From Candidatus Bathyarchaeum sp. (lineage in GTDB: Archaea > Thermoproteota > Bathyarchaeia > Bathyarchaeales > Bathyarchaeaceae): DNA of 23,778 nt. The stretch is from NCBI GenBank assembly GCA_026014495.1, contig JAOZIF010000153.1:9681-33458 (forward strand), given 5' to 3'. A model generated the notes under the pieces. It was given only the letters and a program-made list of their open reading frames with translations, made no database searches and was not told where the DNA came from. The translations under genes and the position numbers were made by a program. Positions 9,815 to 19,495 of the stretch are shown piece by piece; the stretch's first letter is position 1; each line of letters begins with the position of its first letter.

Positions 9815-10834
9815 TCACATTTTTTGGCTAGATTGTTTATCTTGACTTTTTTCTGTTAACCCAGTGGTTTTCAAACCGAGTTGAAGATTTTGGCGACCAG
9901 TTTTTGTTAAGCTGTAGTTATGAAGCATCTCCAAGTTTGCAGTTTCGAGGTTGAATTTTGCGGTGCATTTTGAACATGCAAAGCTGAAGTTGGGTTGACC
10001 GAAAAAGTGATTGTTTGAGCATCTGTACCAGTTTTCTATTTTCCGGTAGTCAACACCGATTACTTTCAGTTTTTTTCCACATTTTGGACAGACAAGACTG
10101 CCTTCACCTTTGCTGAACTTGGTTCTGAAGTCAATGTTGCCACAATCGAAGTGTTCTAGGGCTTCTTCTTTTGTCATTTTTGTGCTTTCACATTCGGGGC
10201 ACTCAATGTAGAGAGTAGATGTTAGAGATTCGCAGTCGGGACAGGTAATTACTGAGCGTGATGGTTCTGCGTTTACTATGTCGAGTTCTGTAAGTGTTTT
10301 TAGTGTTGCAACAAGTTCTTCTGTGGGAATTTCGGTTTTTGGATTAGATGTTAAGGTACTGATGGAGTCTATTCGCACGATTGGGTTTTTATTAAATAGG
10401 GTTACGAGGGCTTTTGCTGTTTCAAGGTTTATTGTTTCAGGCAGAGACGATTCTAGCAGGATGTCTGTGATGCTGTCAATTAGACGCTGTGATTTGACCT
10501 CTTCTTTTATTATGTAGTCTCGGACGCCAAGTTTCATAGCTTCTACTGCTATGTTTTCGTTTCCTTTTCCAGTGAGTAAAATGATTGGCGCTTTGTTACC
10601 CGTCTTTTTTAGTTGTCGAACAAAATCGATGCCTGTCATGTCTGGTAATCTGTAGTCCATAAGGATCAGGTCGAAGTCTTCTTTTTGAATTTTAGCTAAT
10701 CCTTTTGTTGCAGTGTCGACAATTACTAAATCATAATTGATTGAAAGCTTTTCTTTCAATGATCGCTTCAGAATAAGTTGGTCGTCTGGGTTGTCTTCAA
10801 TATACAATATTCGTATTTTCAAGTCACTCAACAT
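9815..10834 (-). CDS. Response regulator with Cys-rich Zn-ribbon output domain (REC-TackOD1 type)
   Basis: REC motifs IEDN, LMDYRLPD, LTG, YIIK; C-terminal CPDC, CPEC, EHFDCG, CPKC, IGVDYRK, CSKC. Start moved to ATG 10834 (GAGG upstream) to avoid overlap with the upstream gene. Confidence 0.85.
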   Translation of the reverse strand: MLSDLKIRILYIEDNPDDQLILKRSLKEKLSINYDLVIVDTATKGLAKIQKEDFDLILMDYRLPDMTGIDFVRQLKKTGNKAPIILLTGKGNENIAVEAMKLGVRDYIIKEEVKSQRLIDSITDILLESSLPETINLETAKALVTLFNKNPIVRIDSISTLTSNPKTEIPTEELVATLKTLTELDIVNAEPSRSVITCPDCESLTSTLYIECPECESTKMTKEEALEHFDCGNIDFRTKFSKGEGSLVCPKCGKKLKVIGVDYRKIENWYRCSNNHFFGQPNFSFACSKCTAKFNLETANLEMLHNYSLTKTGRQNLQLGLKTTGLTEKSQDKQSSQKM

Positions 10835-10848
10835 TAATTCCTCATAGT

Positions 10849-11289
10849 TCACGGTATTTTTGAGAGCGTTAACCAATAACGCTTAATTTCCATTACAGCT
10901 TCAACAAAGTCTTCAAACGCAGCAGGTTTTACGATAAAACTATTTGCCCCGAGTTTGTAGGCAAGATCAATATCTTCGGTTCTACTCGAAGAAGTCAACA
11001 CTATTATGGGGACACTCTTTAAATTTTCATCACCTTTTATTGTTTTCAAAACTTCAAAACCATCAACTTTAGGCATGTTCAAATCTAATATAACCAATCC
11101 AGAGGCAGGAACATCTTTGTAATCGCCTTCTTTACGTAAGAATTGAATGGCTTTTTCTCCATCGTCAGTCACATATACCTTGTTTCGAATATCGCATTTG
11201 CTAAACGCCCTTTTTGCGATCATCACGTCATCGGGGTTGTCGTCCACCAAAAGAATTGGGCGTTCACTCATTGCAGCTTTATTTTTCAA
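10849..11289 (-). CDS. Single-domain response regulator (Rcp1-like)
   Basis: LLVDDNPDD, LDLNMPKVDG, LTSS, GANSFIVKP. TTG start with AGGAG upstream; ATG 11271 is an alternative. Confidence 0.92.
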   Translation of the reverse strand: MKNKAAMSERPILLVDDNPDDVMIAKRAFSKCDIRNKVYVTDDGEKAIQFLRKEGDYKDVPASGLVILDLNMPKVDGFEVLKTIKGDENLKSVPIIVLTSSSRTEDIDLAYKLGANSFIVKPAAFEDFVEAVMEIKRYWLTLSKIP

Positions 11290-11312
11290 TTTTTATTTCT
11301 CCTGTTCTTTTT

Positions 11313-14300
11313 TTATTTCTTTGGAATTGTGAAACTGAACACACTACCTTTACGGGGTGTGCTTTCAACCCAGATTTTTCCTCCGAGATGCTCAACAATT
11401 TTTTTACATATCGACAACCCAGCTCCAGTTCCTTCATACTTCTTTTCGGTTGGAGCTCTCTCAAAGAGATTGAAAATACGCGTTAGGTATTTTTCTTCGA
11501 TTCCGATTCCATTGTCAACGACCTTAAACAGATGCGCGGTCTTGGTTTCTTGATACAAAACTTCTATTTTCGGGTTTTTGGACTCGTTAAACTTTAATGC
11601 GTTACTGATCAAATTCATAAACAGTTGCCTCATCCAGACCCTCTGCGCTAAGAGTGAAGGAAGTTTGTCGACAACAACTTTTGTTTTAGTTTCCTTGATT
11701 GTTGCCTCAAGGTCAGCTAGAATTTCAGTTAATAGTTTGTTTAGGTCCACTTTTTCGAATTCTGTGAATTTTCGCCCAACACGTGAAAGAATAAGCAAGT
11801 CTTCAATCATAGTATCCATTCGGGACGACGCACTAACCATTCGGTTCAGATAATCACGACCAGTCTCATCTAGCTTATCTCCGTAATCTTCCAACAAAAA
11901 TGAACCGAATGATTTTACAGTACGGAGAGGCGCCTTCAGGTCATGAGACACAACATAGGTGTAGCTCTCCAACTCAGTGTTAGACTGCTTCAATAAACGC
12001 ATAGCCTCATCTACTACTTCTTCAGCCTTCTTTCGTTCAGTTATGTCGCGTGCAATACTCAAAATAGCATCTTTTCCTTGATAACTCACAAGACTGGAAC
12101 TAAGTTCCACAGGAATTTTCTTTCCAGCTCTAGTAATGTGCGTTGTTTCAAAAACCTGTAACTTATTTTTAAGTACTAATTTGATAAGCCCTTTTACTTT
12201 TTCCTCTGTTACATCTAAAGCAATGTCTGTTGGCCCCATAGAAAGCAACTCTTCCTTAGAATACCCCAAAACCCTAACAGCAGCATCATTCGCGTCAACA
12301 AGTTTCCCATCAAGAGTCATAACCAAAGCAGTGTCATTCATTGCATTAATTAACTCACGGTACTTCTCTTCACTTTTCCGAAGTGCTTCCTCAGCTTTTT
12401 TCCGTTCTGTGATGTCTCGAGCAATACTCAAAATAGCATTTTTTCCAGCATAAGTGACAACTGTCGAGTTAATCTCAACAGGAATTCTTTTTCCATCTTT
12501 CGTAATATGGCTAGTTTCAAAAGCCTGCATTTCATCGGCTTTCATACCTTCAATAAGCCCTTTTATTTGTTGTTCAGTTAAAGAATCATCAATGTCTGTT
12601 GGTCCCATAGAAAGCAGTTCTTCCTTAGAATACCCCAAAACCCTAACAGCAGCATCATTTACATCAATGAATTTAGAGTCAAAACCAATAACCCACGCAG
12701 TATCATTCATTCCATTAATTAGCTCTCTGTAATTCTCTTCACTCGCCCTGAGAGCTTCCTCAGCCTTCTTTTGTTCAGTAACATCCCTAATGAAGCCTAC
12801 CAAGTATTGTTCGGTTCCAATCTTCATTAGCCTAGAACTTATATCGCAATAAATTACGGTGTTATCTTTTCTTTGAAGGGCTACGTTTCTAGTAAGACGA
12901 ACTTTTTCGTCCAAATGCTTTTTGAACTGTCCAAATGCAAAAGCCAAATCATCTTTGGGAACAATATCAGCAAAATTCAAGTTGGTTAGCTCACCAAAAG
13001 AATAACCCAACATTTCGTGCATACGAGGATTGGCAAAAATAAAGTTTCGAGTCACAGGGTCTACAGCCAAAATACCATCAGTTGCGCCTTCAAAAATTGT
13101 TCTGAACTTTTGTAAACTCTCTTTTAGTTGAATCTCAGTATTTTTACGTTCAGTTATGTCTAATGCCATCTCTGATGCTGCAACAATTTCTCCTTTTTCA
13201 TCTCTGATTGCAGCTGCAGTAAGTTCCATCCAATGATGTTTACTGTCCCTCTGGTCAATTACTTCCTGCTCACAAATAACCAAGTCTTTTCCGGTCTCAA
13301 AAATTTCTTTAACCCCACACTTGGGACAAACGCTTTTCCTCTGATTAATGGCTGCGTAACATGTTGCTCCTTCTACTTGCCCGACCCAGCCTTTGAGAAC
13401 ATTATTTGCCCACAAAATCTGGTAATTCTTCGAAATAACTGTAAGCCCAGCGTTAATGTTTGCTGTGACTGTTTCTAACATTTCTCGTTCCTGACGTAGA
13501 GCTTCTGCTACTTCCTTTCTGTCGCTAATGTCCACAGATAAAATAAAGAGTCCCTCAGGCACGGGCTCAATACTGAGCTCAAACCAAGCGGTCTTCCCGT
13601 TTGGGTATGTGAATTCATTCTCAGTTCGTGCGGATACACGTTCTTTCATACATTTACTAAGAACAGAAAATAACGTGGTTGTATCAATATATGGGTACAA
13701 ATCCATCATTGTTTTACCAATGAAGTCTTTTTTTGCAAAGCGTCCATGCTTTGCTGCAGCATCATTAACGTAAATGTAGCGCCAATCATAATCAATGAGT
13801 TGGCAGCCTTCCATCATATTATCAAGGGTGCTACGGAAACGTTCCTCGGACTCCTTGAGCAACTCTTCCGCCCTTTTACGTTCGGTGATGTCCACACTAG
13901 ATTCTATTATCTGAACAACGTTTCCTGCTTTGTCAAAAAGTGGGTAGCCACGAACCTCAAAAGTCCTCGGATTTCCACTTTTATCGTAGTGAATGTGCTC
14001 CAAAACGATGGGCTTTTTTGTTTTCTTTATTTCCTCAAGTGTACAAGAATGTTCTGGTTTTGTACATGGCTTACTTCTGTTGTGTGTTAAAGCGTAACAA
14101 GTTGTGTTTTCTGCAATACCCCCAAAAACAGCAGCAGCAGAATTTGCCAGCTTAATTGTATAGTCGTTGGCGTCAATAACGTAGAATGGATATGTTATTG
14201 TGTCTAGAACTTTATTCAGAAATCTATTTTGATCTGAAAGTTTATCTTCCATCTTTTTGCGTTCAGTGATATCTACATCTGCGCCCCGATAGCCAACAAG

Positions 14301-16211
14301 CTTTCCTTTGTCATCTAATAGCGGAACTCCACTTGTAGATAACCAAACAATGTCTCCATTTTTGTGCACATTTCGATTAACGAATTCTTGAAAAGACTGT
14401 TTTTGTTTGAACGCTGAAAGGGCGACTTTCTTAAGGTTTTCTTGGTCGTCAGGATGGAACAGGTCATAGAACCGCTTTTTTCCAACAAGTTCTTTGGCTT
14501 TGTAGCCAAGCAACTTTTCTACCGTAGGACTTGAATATGTATACAGTCCTTCAGCATCTACGTCCCAAATCCACTCCGAAGCATTTTCTGCCACCTGTGA
14601 GAATCGTTCCTCACTTTCTTGCAAAGATTTTTCTAAGGCTTTACGCTCGGTGATGTCTACAATAATTCCCCTTAATCCCACAGTCGCATCTGCATGACTA
14701 ACTGGAGTAGAATGTATCATAATCGGAAAGGTGCTACCGTCTTTCCTCAATGCTGTATACTCAACAAAACCTATGTCTGTTCCATCCGCTACTGTTTCGA
14801 AGTCTGTTTTAGCTCTGTTCCGATCTTCAGGAACTAACATCTGAAAAGCATTCAAACCTTTATTCAAATCTTCTCGAGCATAACCAAAACGATCAAATGC
14901 AATATCATTCACGAATGTAAGTTTCCCAGTTACATCCGTTTCAAAAACAGTTTCAGGAAGTAATTCACTTAATTCTCTAAACTGCTTTTCACTTTCTCGA
15001 AGGGCTTCTTGGGCAGCCTTGCGTGCGGTTATATCTCTTGTTATACCTATAATCTCGATTTTTCCGTCCCGTTCAACGGGAATAGTTGTTGCCTCAATAG
15101 AAACTAGTGTTCCATCTTTTCGTATCAACTCTAATTCTGTTGGTCCACTTATTTCTCCAGGTTCGTTTGCTCTGAACGCCTCCATAAGTCTAGGTATAGA
15201 GTCTGATGGAACAAAATTTAGTTCTAACATGTTTTTTCCAATTAATTCTTCTCTCTTGTAGCCAGTCAACTCTTCTGCTCGTTTGTTTCCATCAAGAAAA
15301 GTTCCAGTAAGGTCTTGCACCCAAATTGCTTCAGGAGCATTCTCAATAAAATATCTAAAACGCTCTTCAGACTCCTGAAGTTTCTCTTCAGCCTTCTTTT
15401 GTTCAGTAATATTATGAAATATAGCAATTACAGATGCCTCGCCCTTGTACCTTATTTTTGCAGGTGTCAACTCATAAAGCAATTTTTTGCCAGCCTTCGA
15501 GACTGCCTCAATAGGGTGCGGTCGAATGTACAGTCCTTTTCTTATCTTAGCCAGATTTTTCTTCATGATTGCTTTGCTTTTAGCAGTTGCAATATCTGTT
15601 TCCAAAAAATGTTTTCCAACAAGTTCCTCTCTGGGGAATCCCATTATTTCTTCCGCCGATTGCGACAAATCTAAAATGTTTCCATTCAGGTCTACAATGA
15701 CAATAGGGTCTACAATAACCTCGAACAAACGTTGAAAATGCTGTTTTGACTGCTCCAGTTCTTCCTCAGCACGCAAAAGGGTTGTGAGGTCTTTACCGGT
15801 TGCTTGAACGCCCAAATAATCCCCGTCGTCATTAAAAATTGCAATTGCGTTCCATGCTACACGCCTAAATCCTGTGGGGCTCTTCATTCTGACAATAAAG
15901 CCTCTAACTTGATTCTTGTTTTCAATCAGGTCTTGAAGAGCAGCAATTGCTTTTTTTAGATCATCAGGGTGCAAGTATTCGGCAAAATGTGTTCCAATAA
16001 TTTTTTTGTTTGGCTTATCCCAGAATTCAACGGCTGCATCATTCACAAAAACAAAGTTGCCATCCTGATCAATACTCACAATGAGGTCATGCATGAGGGC
16101 GCTAAGAATAAGAAGATAGTTGTCTCGCATCTTCTTTACGTAATCGTCTCTAACTGCCTTTGCATCTTTTTTTGATGTTTTTACTGCGACGTTGTCTAAA
16201 GGCATTCTCAC
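11313..16211 (-). CDS. Soluble multi-PAS (11 PAS/PAC) sensor histidine kinase
   Basis: 11 repeats ending in (R/V)D(I/L/V)T-like PAC motifs; H-box SHDLKAPLR (His at 11943-11945), N-box NLISNALKF, DNGIGI, GTGAGL; no TM segment; SD AAGGAG before GTG 16211. Confidence 0.93.
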   Translation of the reverse strand: MRMPLDNVAVKTSKKDAKAVRDDYVKKMRDNYLLILSALMHDLIVSIDQDGNFVFVNDAAVEFWDKPNKKIIGTHFAEYLHPDDLKKAIAALQDLIENKNQVRGFIVRMKSPTGFRRVAWNAIAIFNDDGDYLGVQATGKDLTTLLRAEEELEQSKQHFQRLFEVIVDPIVIVDLNGNILDLSQSAEEIMGFPREELVGKHFLETDIATAKSKAIMKKNLAKIRKGLYIRPHPIEAVSKAGKKLLYELTPAKIRYKGEASVIAIFHNITEQKKAEEKLQESEERFRYFIENAPEAIWVQDLTGTFLDGNKRAEELTGYKREELIGKNMLELNFVPSDSIPRLMEAFRANEPGEISGPTELELIRKDGTLVSIEATTIPVERDGKIEIIGITRDITARKAAQEALRESEKQFRELSELLPETVFETDVTGKLTFVNDIAFDRFGYAREDLNKGLNAFQMLVPEDRNRAKTDFETVADGTDIGFVEYTALRKDGSTFPIMIHSTPVSHADATVGLRGIIVDITERKALEKSLQESEERFSQVAENASEWIWDVDAEGLYTYSSPTVEKLLGYKAKELVGKKRFYDLFHPDDQENLKKVALSAFKQKQSFQEFVNRNVHKNGDIVWLSTSGVPLLDDKGKLVGYRGADVDITERKKMEDKLSDQNRFLNKVLDTITYPFYVIDANDYTIKLANSAAAVFGGIAENTTCYALTHNRSKPCTKPEHSCTLEEIKKTKKPIVLEHIHYDKSGNPRTFEVRGYPLFDKAGNVVQIIESSVDITERKRAEELLKESEERFRSTLDNMMEGCQLIDYDWRYIYVNDAAAKHGRFAKKDFIGKTMMDLYPYIDTTTLFSVLSKCMKERVSARTENEFTYPNGKTAWFELSIEPVPEGLFILSVDISDRKEVAEALRQEREMLETVTANINAGLTVISKNYQILWANNVLKGWVGQVEGATCYAAINQRKSVCPKCGVKEIFETGKDLVICEQEVIDQRDSKHHWMELTAAAIRDEKGEIVAASEMALDITERKNTEIQLKESLQKFRTIFEGATDGILAVDPVTRNFIFANPRMHEMLGYSFGELTNLNFADIVPKDDLAFAFGQFKKHLDEKVRLTRNVALQRKDNTVIYCDISSRLMKIGTEQYLVGFIRDVTEQKKAEEALRASEENYRELINGMNDTAWVIGFDSKFIDVNDAAVRVLGYSKEELLSMGPTDIDDSLTEQQIKGLIEGMKADEMQAFETSHITKDGKRIPVEINSTVVTYAGKNAILSIARDITERKKAEEALRKSEEKYRELINAMNDTALVMTLDGKLVDANDAAVRVLGYSKEELLSMGPTDIALDVTEEKVKGLIKLVLKNKLQVFETTHITRAGKKIPVELSSSLVSYQGKDAILSIARDITERKKAEEVVDEAMRLLKQSNTELESYTYVVSHDLKAPLRTVKSFGSFLLEDYGDKLDETGRDYLNRMVSASSRMDTMIEDLLILSRVGRKFTEFEKVDLNKLLTEILADLEATIKETKTKVVVDKLPSLLAQRVWMRQLFMNLISNALKFNESKNPKIEVLYQETKTAHLFKVVDNGIGIEEKYLTRIFNLFERAPTEKKYEGTGAGLSICKKIVEHLGGKIWVESTPRKGSVFSFTIPKK
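12040..12750 (-). repeat. Recent tandem duplication of a PAS unit (369-bp period) inside the kinase
   Basis: 41 identical bp at 12250-12290 and 12619-12659; a further match at 12052 and 12421 has the same 369-bp offset. Unit boundaries are approximate. Confidence 0.85.
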
Positions 16212-16268
16212 GTCTCCTTCTGTGAGTCTTCGATGAAAGGATAACTGTTGGTTAACTCAATATTCATA

Positions 16269-16289
16269 TACCGTCAATGTACCGTCAAT
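16269..16289. promoter_or_regulatory. Direct repeat TACCGTCAAT x2 (11-bp period) at the kinase-operon promoter
   Basis: 16269-16278 and 16280-16289 are identical; they abut TATA-like TATATGAA (- strand, 16263-16270) about 55 bp upstream of the kinase start. Confidence 0.6.
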
Positions 16290-16473
16290 AGCTATTTACT
16301 TTTTCGGTTTCCAAAAAACAAAAACAAAATAATTGTAGAACAACACATAATCACACAAAACACATAAAAAATAACACGCTTACTAAACCACAAAATCTAA
16401 AAGTATAAATGACGCTGAGAACTTCACAAAAGCGTCCCAGATACATTTCAAATTGAGGTAAACAAAAAAAGAA

Positions 16474-17448
16474 ATGGAGCAAAAAACGATGGCAGACCTT
16501 GAAGTATTAAAAAAAGAAGGCAACGACTTTATCGTAAAAGTGCCTGAAAGAGAAGACCCCGTAAAAATAGATGACACTTTCGCCGAAATGTTCCCCATGT
16601 GGGCAGGCAGAATACTGATAACTGCCGCAAACGAAAAATGGGCATTAATAGCAGCAAGAACCGCAAGCGGATTTGCATCTTCAATCATTATGTCCCCCGC
16701 AGAAGCTTCAGTAGAATGTTTAGTTTCAGCTAAAGACACCCCAGATGGACGCCCTGGAGCAATCATCCAAATCTACCACAGCTCAAGAGGTGAACTCAAA
16801 CACCAGATGAGCCTAAGAATTGGACAATGCATAATGACCTGCCCAACAACAGCAGCTTTTGATGCCCTACCCAAAGCAAAAAGAAGAGTCAAAATAGGCA
16901 GAAGCTTGCGCCTCTTCGGAGACGGTTTCCAAAAAAGCGGTGAAGTTGCTGGACGAAAAGTTTGGCGAATACCAGTCATGGAGGGCGAATTCTTAGTCGA
17001 AGACGACTTTGGAATAATGAAAGCTGTTGCCAGCGGAAACATGCTTATTTTAGCAAAAGACTGGAAATCAGCTCTTAAAGCAGCAGAGGATGCAAAAGAG
17101 GCAATCACCAAGAACGTTCGTGGCGTAATCATGCCATTCCCAGGTGGTCTTTGTAGAGCTGGATCAAAAGTTGGTTCACTAAATTACAAGCTTCCTGCAT
17201 CAACAAGTCATCAATACTGTCCCACAATCAAGATACTGGTGCCAGACTCTAAGCTTACAGACGACGTTAACAGCGTCTACGAGATTGTAATTAATGGTTT
17301 GAACCAAAAAGTTGTGAAAACTGCAATGGGAGTTGGAATAAAAGCTGCAATCAAAGTTCCCGGAGTTTTGAAGATTACTGCTGGAAATTATGGCGGCAAG
17401 CTTGGTCCATTCAAAGGAGTTCTAAAAGAAGTTTTGAATCTAGAGTAA
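16474..17448 (+). CDS. ftr: Formylmethanofuran:tetrahydromethanopterin N-formyltransferase
   Basis: IDDTFAEMF, GF.SSIIMSPAEA, TPDGRPG, RIGQCIMTCPTTA, GGLCRAGSKVGS, VYEIVING, ITAGNYGGKLG. Start could be ATG 16489. Confidence 0.95.
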   Translation: MEQKTMADLEVLKKEGNDFIVKVPEREDPVKIDDTFAEMFPMWAGRILITAANEKWALIAARTASGFASSIIMSPAEASVECLVSAKDTPDGRPGAIIQIYHSSRGELKHQMSLRIGQCIMTCPTTAAFDALPKAKRRVKIGRSLRLFGDGFQKSGEVAGRKVWRIPVMEGEFLVEDDFGIMKAVASGNMLILAKDWKSALKAAEDAKEAITKNVRGVIMPFPGGLCRAGSKVGSLNYKLPASTSHQYCPTIKILVPDSKLTDDVNSVYEIVINGLNQKVVKTAMGVGIKAAIKVPGVLKITAGNYGGKLGPFKGVLKEVLNLE

Positions 17449-17469
17449 ACCCTTCTTTTTTGGGGTTTA
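17446..17469. terminator. Hairpin with T-rich loop between convergent ftr and nucleotidyltransferase genes
   Basis: TAAACCC-ttcttttttg-GGGTTTA; the stem ends are the two stop codons. Confidence 0.6.
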
Positions 17470-18510
17470 TTTTACCAATTTTAGGTATTCTTTGCCTTTA
17501 CCTTCAGCAGAGCCGACAAGAACACGGTAATGTTGTTGACGGGTTCCTGTTTTTGTTACTTTTTCCAGTTTGCCTTTAACTTGTATAGTTTCACCGTTTT
17601 CAGCTAGGCTATCGTAGAGAGTCTCGTAAGCAACTACTTCAGTGATTGGCCCCCATTGTTGACAGTCTATGAATTCTACATCTTTGATTTGATAGACGGC
17701 GGGAAGAAAAAGTGAATCAGTATTATCGGATACAACTGCTTGGATTGTTACTTGACCACAGGGATTATATGTTTTTTGTCCATATTTTTCGGTGACTTCG
17801 CTTTCAAGCTTAATTGGATGTATAGAAACCCAAGTGCCTTCGAAAAGTCCTAAATTCCATTTCCGTTGATAGAGCGTCAAAGCTTCCTCAGGAGTCAATG
17901 GATAATATTGAGCCTTTTTGGTGCACCATTCTTTAAGAGCTGTTCCGAGCAACCGTTTTAGCGGTGCTTTTGTGTCCAATTTAGTTAGGGCGTCTTTTAG
18001 TGCCCAACTGTTCTTTACGCCATAAACAGTTATGTCAATGTCCGAAAAGTTCGGGTTGTGTATGTCCAATAAAAGTGAGCCGGTTACTCCAAACATTTCA
18101 GGGGAAAGCTCACTTTTTTGCTCCAAAAACTGCGTGAATCTAATTAACTTTTTTTGTAACGCGTCTAGTTGTGGGACTCGTCTAATTTGAGCCAACTTTT
18201 GTTCGGGCTTAAAGTGCTCTTTGATTTTTTTGTGAGGAACCGCAGTTATTGTTATGTTATCTACTGGAGAGCGAAAAAGGTAATGAGGATAATTTTTTTC
18301 AAGATAGTTGAATGTTTCTAAAAGATTAGGGATTGTGTACTTTTGCAGAATTCTGCTGAATTTTTCTTCATTATGTCCCCAGAGCCCAGACTTGGATGGA
18401 ACATATTTAATGTAAGAGATGGCACGATCTGATGGATGTACAGCGCCGACTACACAAAAAAAGAATCCTTCGGTTGTTTGAATGAAATCTCGGTCCCTGA
18501 ACCCTCGCAT
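17467..18510 (-). CDS. Pol-beta superfamily nucleotidyltransferase with C-terminal OB-like domain (COG1665-like), paralog 1
   Basis: RDRDF...GFFF..G..HP N-terminus; FGVTGSLL...SDID; C-terminal VKGKLEKV. Confidence 0.8.
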   Translation of the reverse strand: MRGFRDRDFIQTTEGFFFCVVGAVHPSDRAISYIKYVPSKSGLWGHNEEKFSRILQKYTIPNLLETFNYLEKNYPHYLFRSPVDNITITAVPHKKIKEHFKPEQKLAQIRRVPQLDALQKKLIRFTQFLEQKSELSPEMFGVTGSLLLDIHNPNFSDIDITVYGVKNSWALKDALTKLDTKAPLKRLLGTALKEWCTKKAQYYPLTPEEALTLYQRKWNLGLFEGTWVSIHPIKLESEVTEKYGQKTYNPCGQVTIQAVVSDNTDSLFLPAVYQIKDVEFIDCQQWGPITEVVAYETLYDSLAENGETIQVKGKLEKVTKTGTRQQHYRVLVGSAEGKGKEYLKLVK

Positions 18511-18547
18511 ACCTTTACCAGACTCAAATTAGACTATTAAACGGTTT

Positions 18548-19252
18548 TTAGAGATATGCAAAATACACTAGGGCTATTGTTATTGCATCGTATATTCCAT
18601 GTATCCAAGCTACGGCAGTTGTATTTCCGTTTGTTTTCTGCCAAACATAACCTAAAAACAAGCTAATAATAGTCACAGGAATAATAGAGCGCAAAGAATT
18701 CAGTCCATGCAACAGGCCAAACAGTATAGAAGCAATGATCAGTCCTGTTGTCTTGCCAAATGATGTTTCAAACCCGCGTTGAACAAAACCTCTGAAGGCT
18801 AACTCTTCAGTGGGTCCAACTAGGGCTATTGAGATGCTAATTAGGGCAATCAGTTGTAACAAGTTTCTGGGCAGTATAGCGTCTATGATAAGTTGTGCGT
18901 CAGGGTCTGGGCCAAGAATGATTTCTTCAATTATAGAGATTCCCATAGCCAACAAAAGCAGAAACAGTGCAACAAATGATGCAATCACCAAGGTTTTGAG
19001 GTTGGGTTTTTTTAATCCAAGTTTTGTCAAGTTTGCGCCGTTTTCTTTAGCGAAAATGAGCGTGATTACTAAGAGTAGTCCCTCGTTGATTGGAAGAGAC
19101 AGCAATGCTGATGGAAACGTTAAGTTTTGAAGGTCTACTCCAATGCCAAGCAGAACTGCTGCGGTTATGATGCTGCCTAATAGAATTGCCGCAAGTAACA
19201 GAAGGTAAAGAATTAGTGATGTTTTTGCTTTCCAAAAGTGCTGATTTTCCAT
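18548..19252 (-). CDS. CPBP (CAAX protease/Abi) family intramembrane protease
   Basis: Multi-TM with EELAFRG, LFGLLH and HGIYD motifs. Confidence 0.9.
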   Translation of the reverse strand: MENQHFWKAKTSLILYLLLLAAILLGSIITAAVLLGIGVDLQNLTFPSALLSLPINEGLLLVITLIFAKENGANLTKLGLKKPNLKTLVIASFVALFLLLLAMGISIIEEIILGPDPDAQLIIDAILPRNLLQLIALISISIALVGPTEELAFRGFVQRGFETSFGKTTGLIIASILFGLLHGLNSLRSIIPVTIISLFLGYVWQKTNGNTTAVAWIHGIYDAITIALVYFAYL

Positions 19253-19495
19253 GTGGGGTGTTCACCAACTGGTGTAATAGAGGGTTAAGTTTTCTATTAA
19301 TGGTTGCCTATTTTTTGGTCAAGTGTGTGGTTTTGTGGGTGTAGTTTTGAAAAAATAGTTAGGCACACAATTACATAGTCAAGTATACAGCATTTTTATG
19401 AATGAATGTTCATTTTTTATCCATTAGAAAGTGTTTTTCTTCAATTGAAGGAAAATATTTATATGTAAAATTGTAATATTTTCAGGTTCTATTGA

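Noticed and set aside
16474-17448. ftr as evidence of methanogenesis
   Set aside because: Ftr also serves the archaeal Wood-Ljungdahl pathway and C1 oxidation; no mcr or mtr genes are in the window.
19399-19425. TGAATGAA...TCATT as a third copy of the cob operator
   Set aside because: Wrong spacing and several mismatches.
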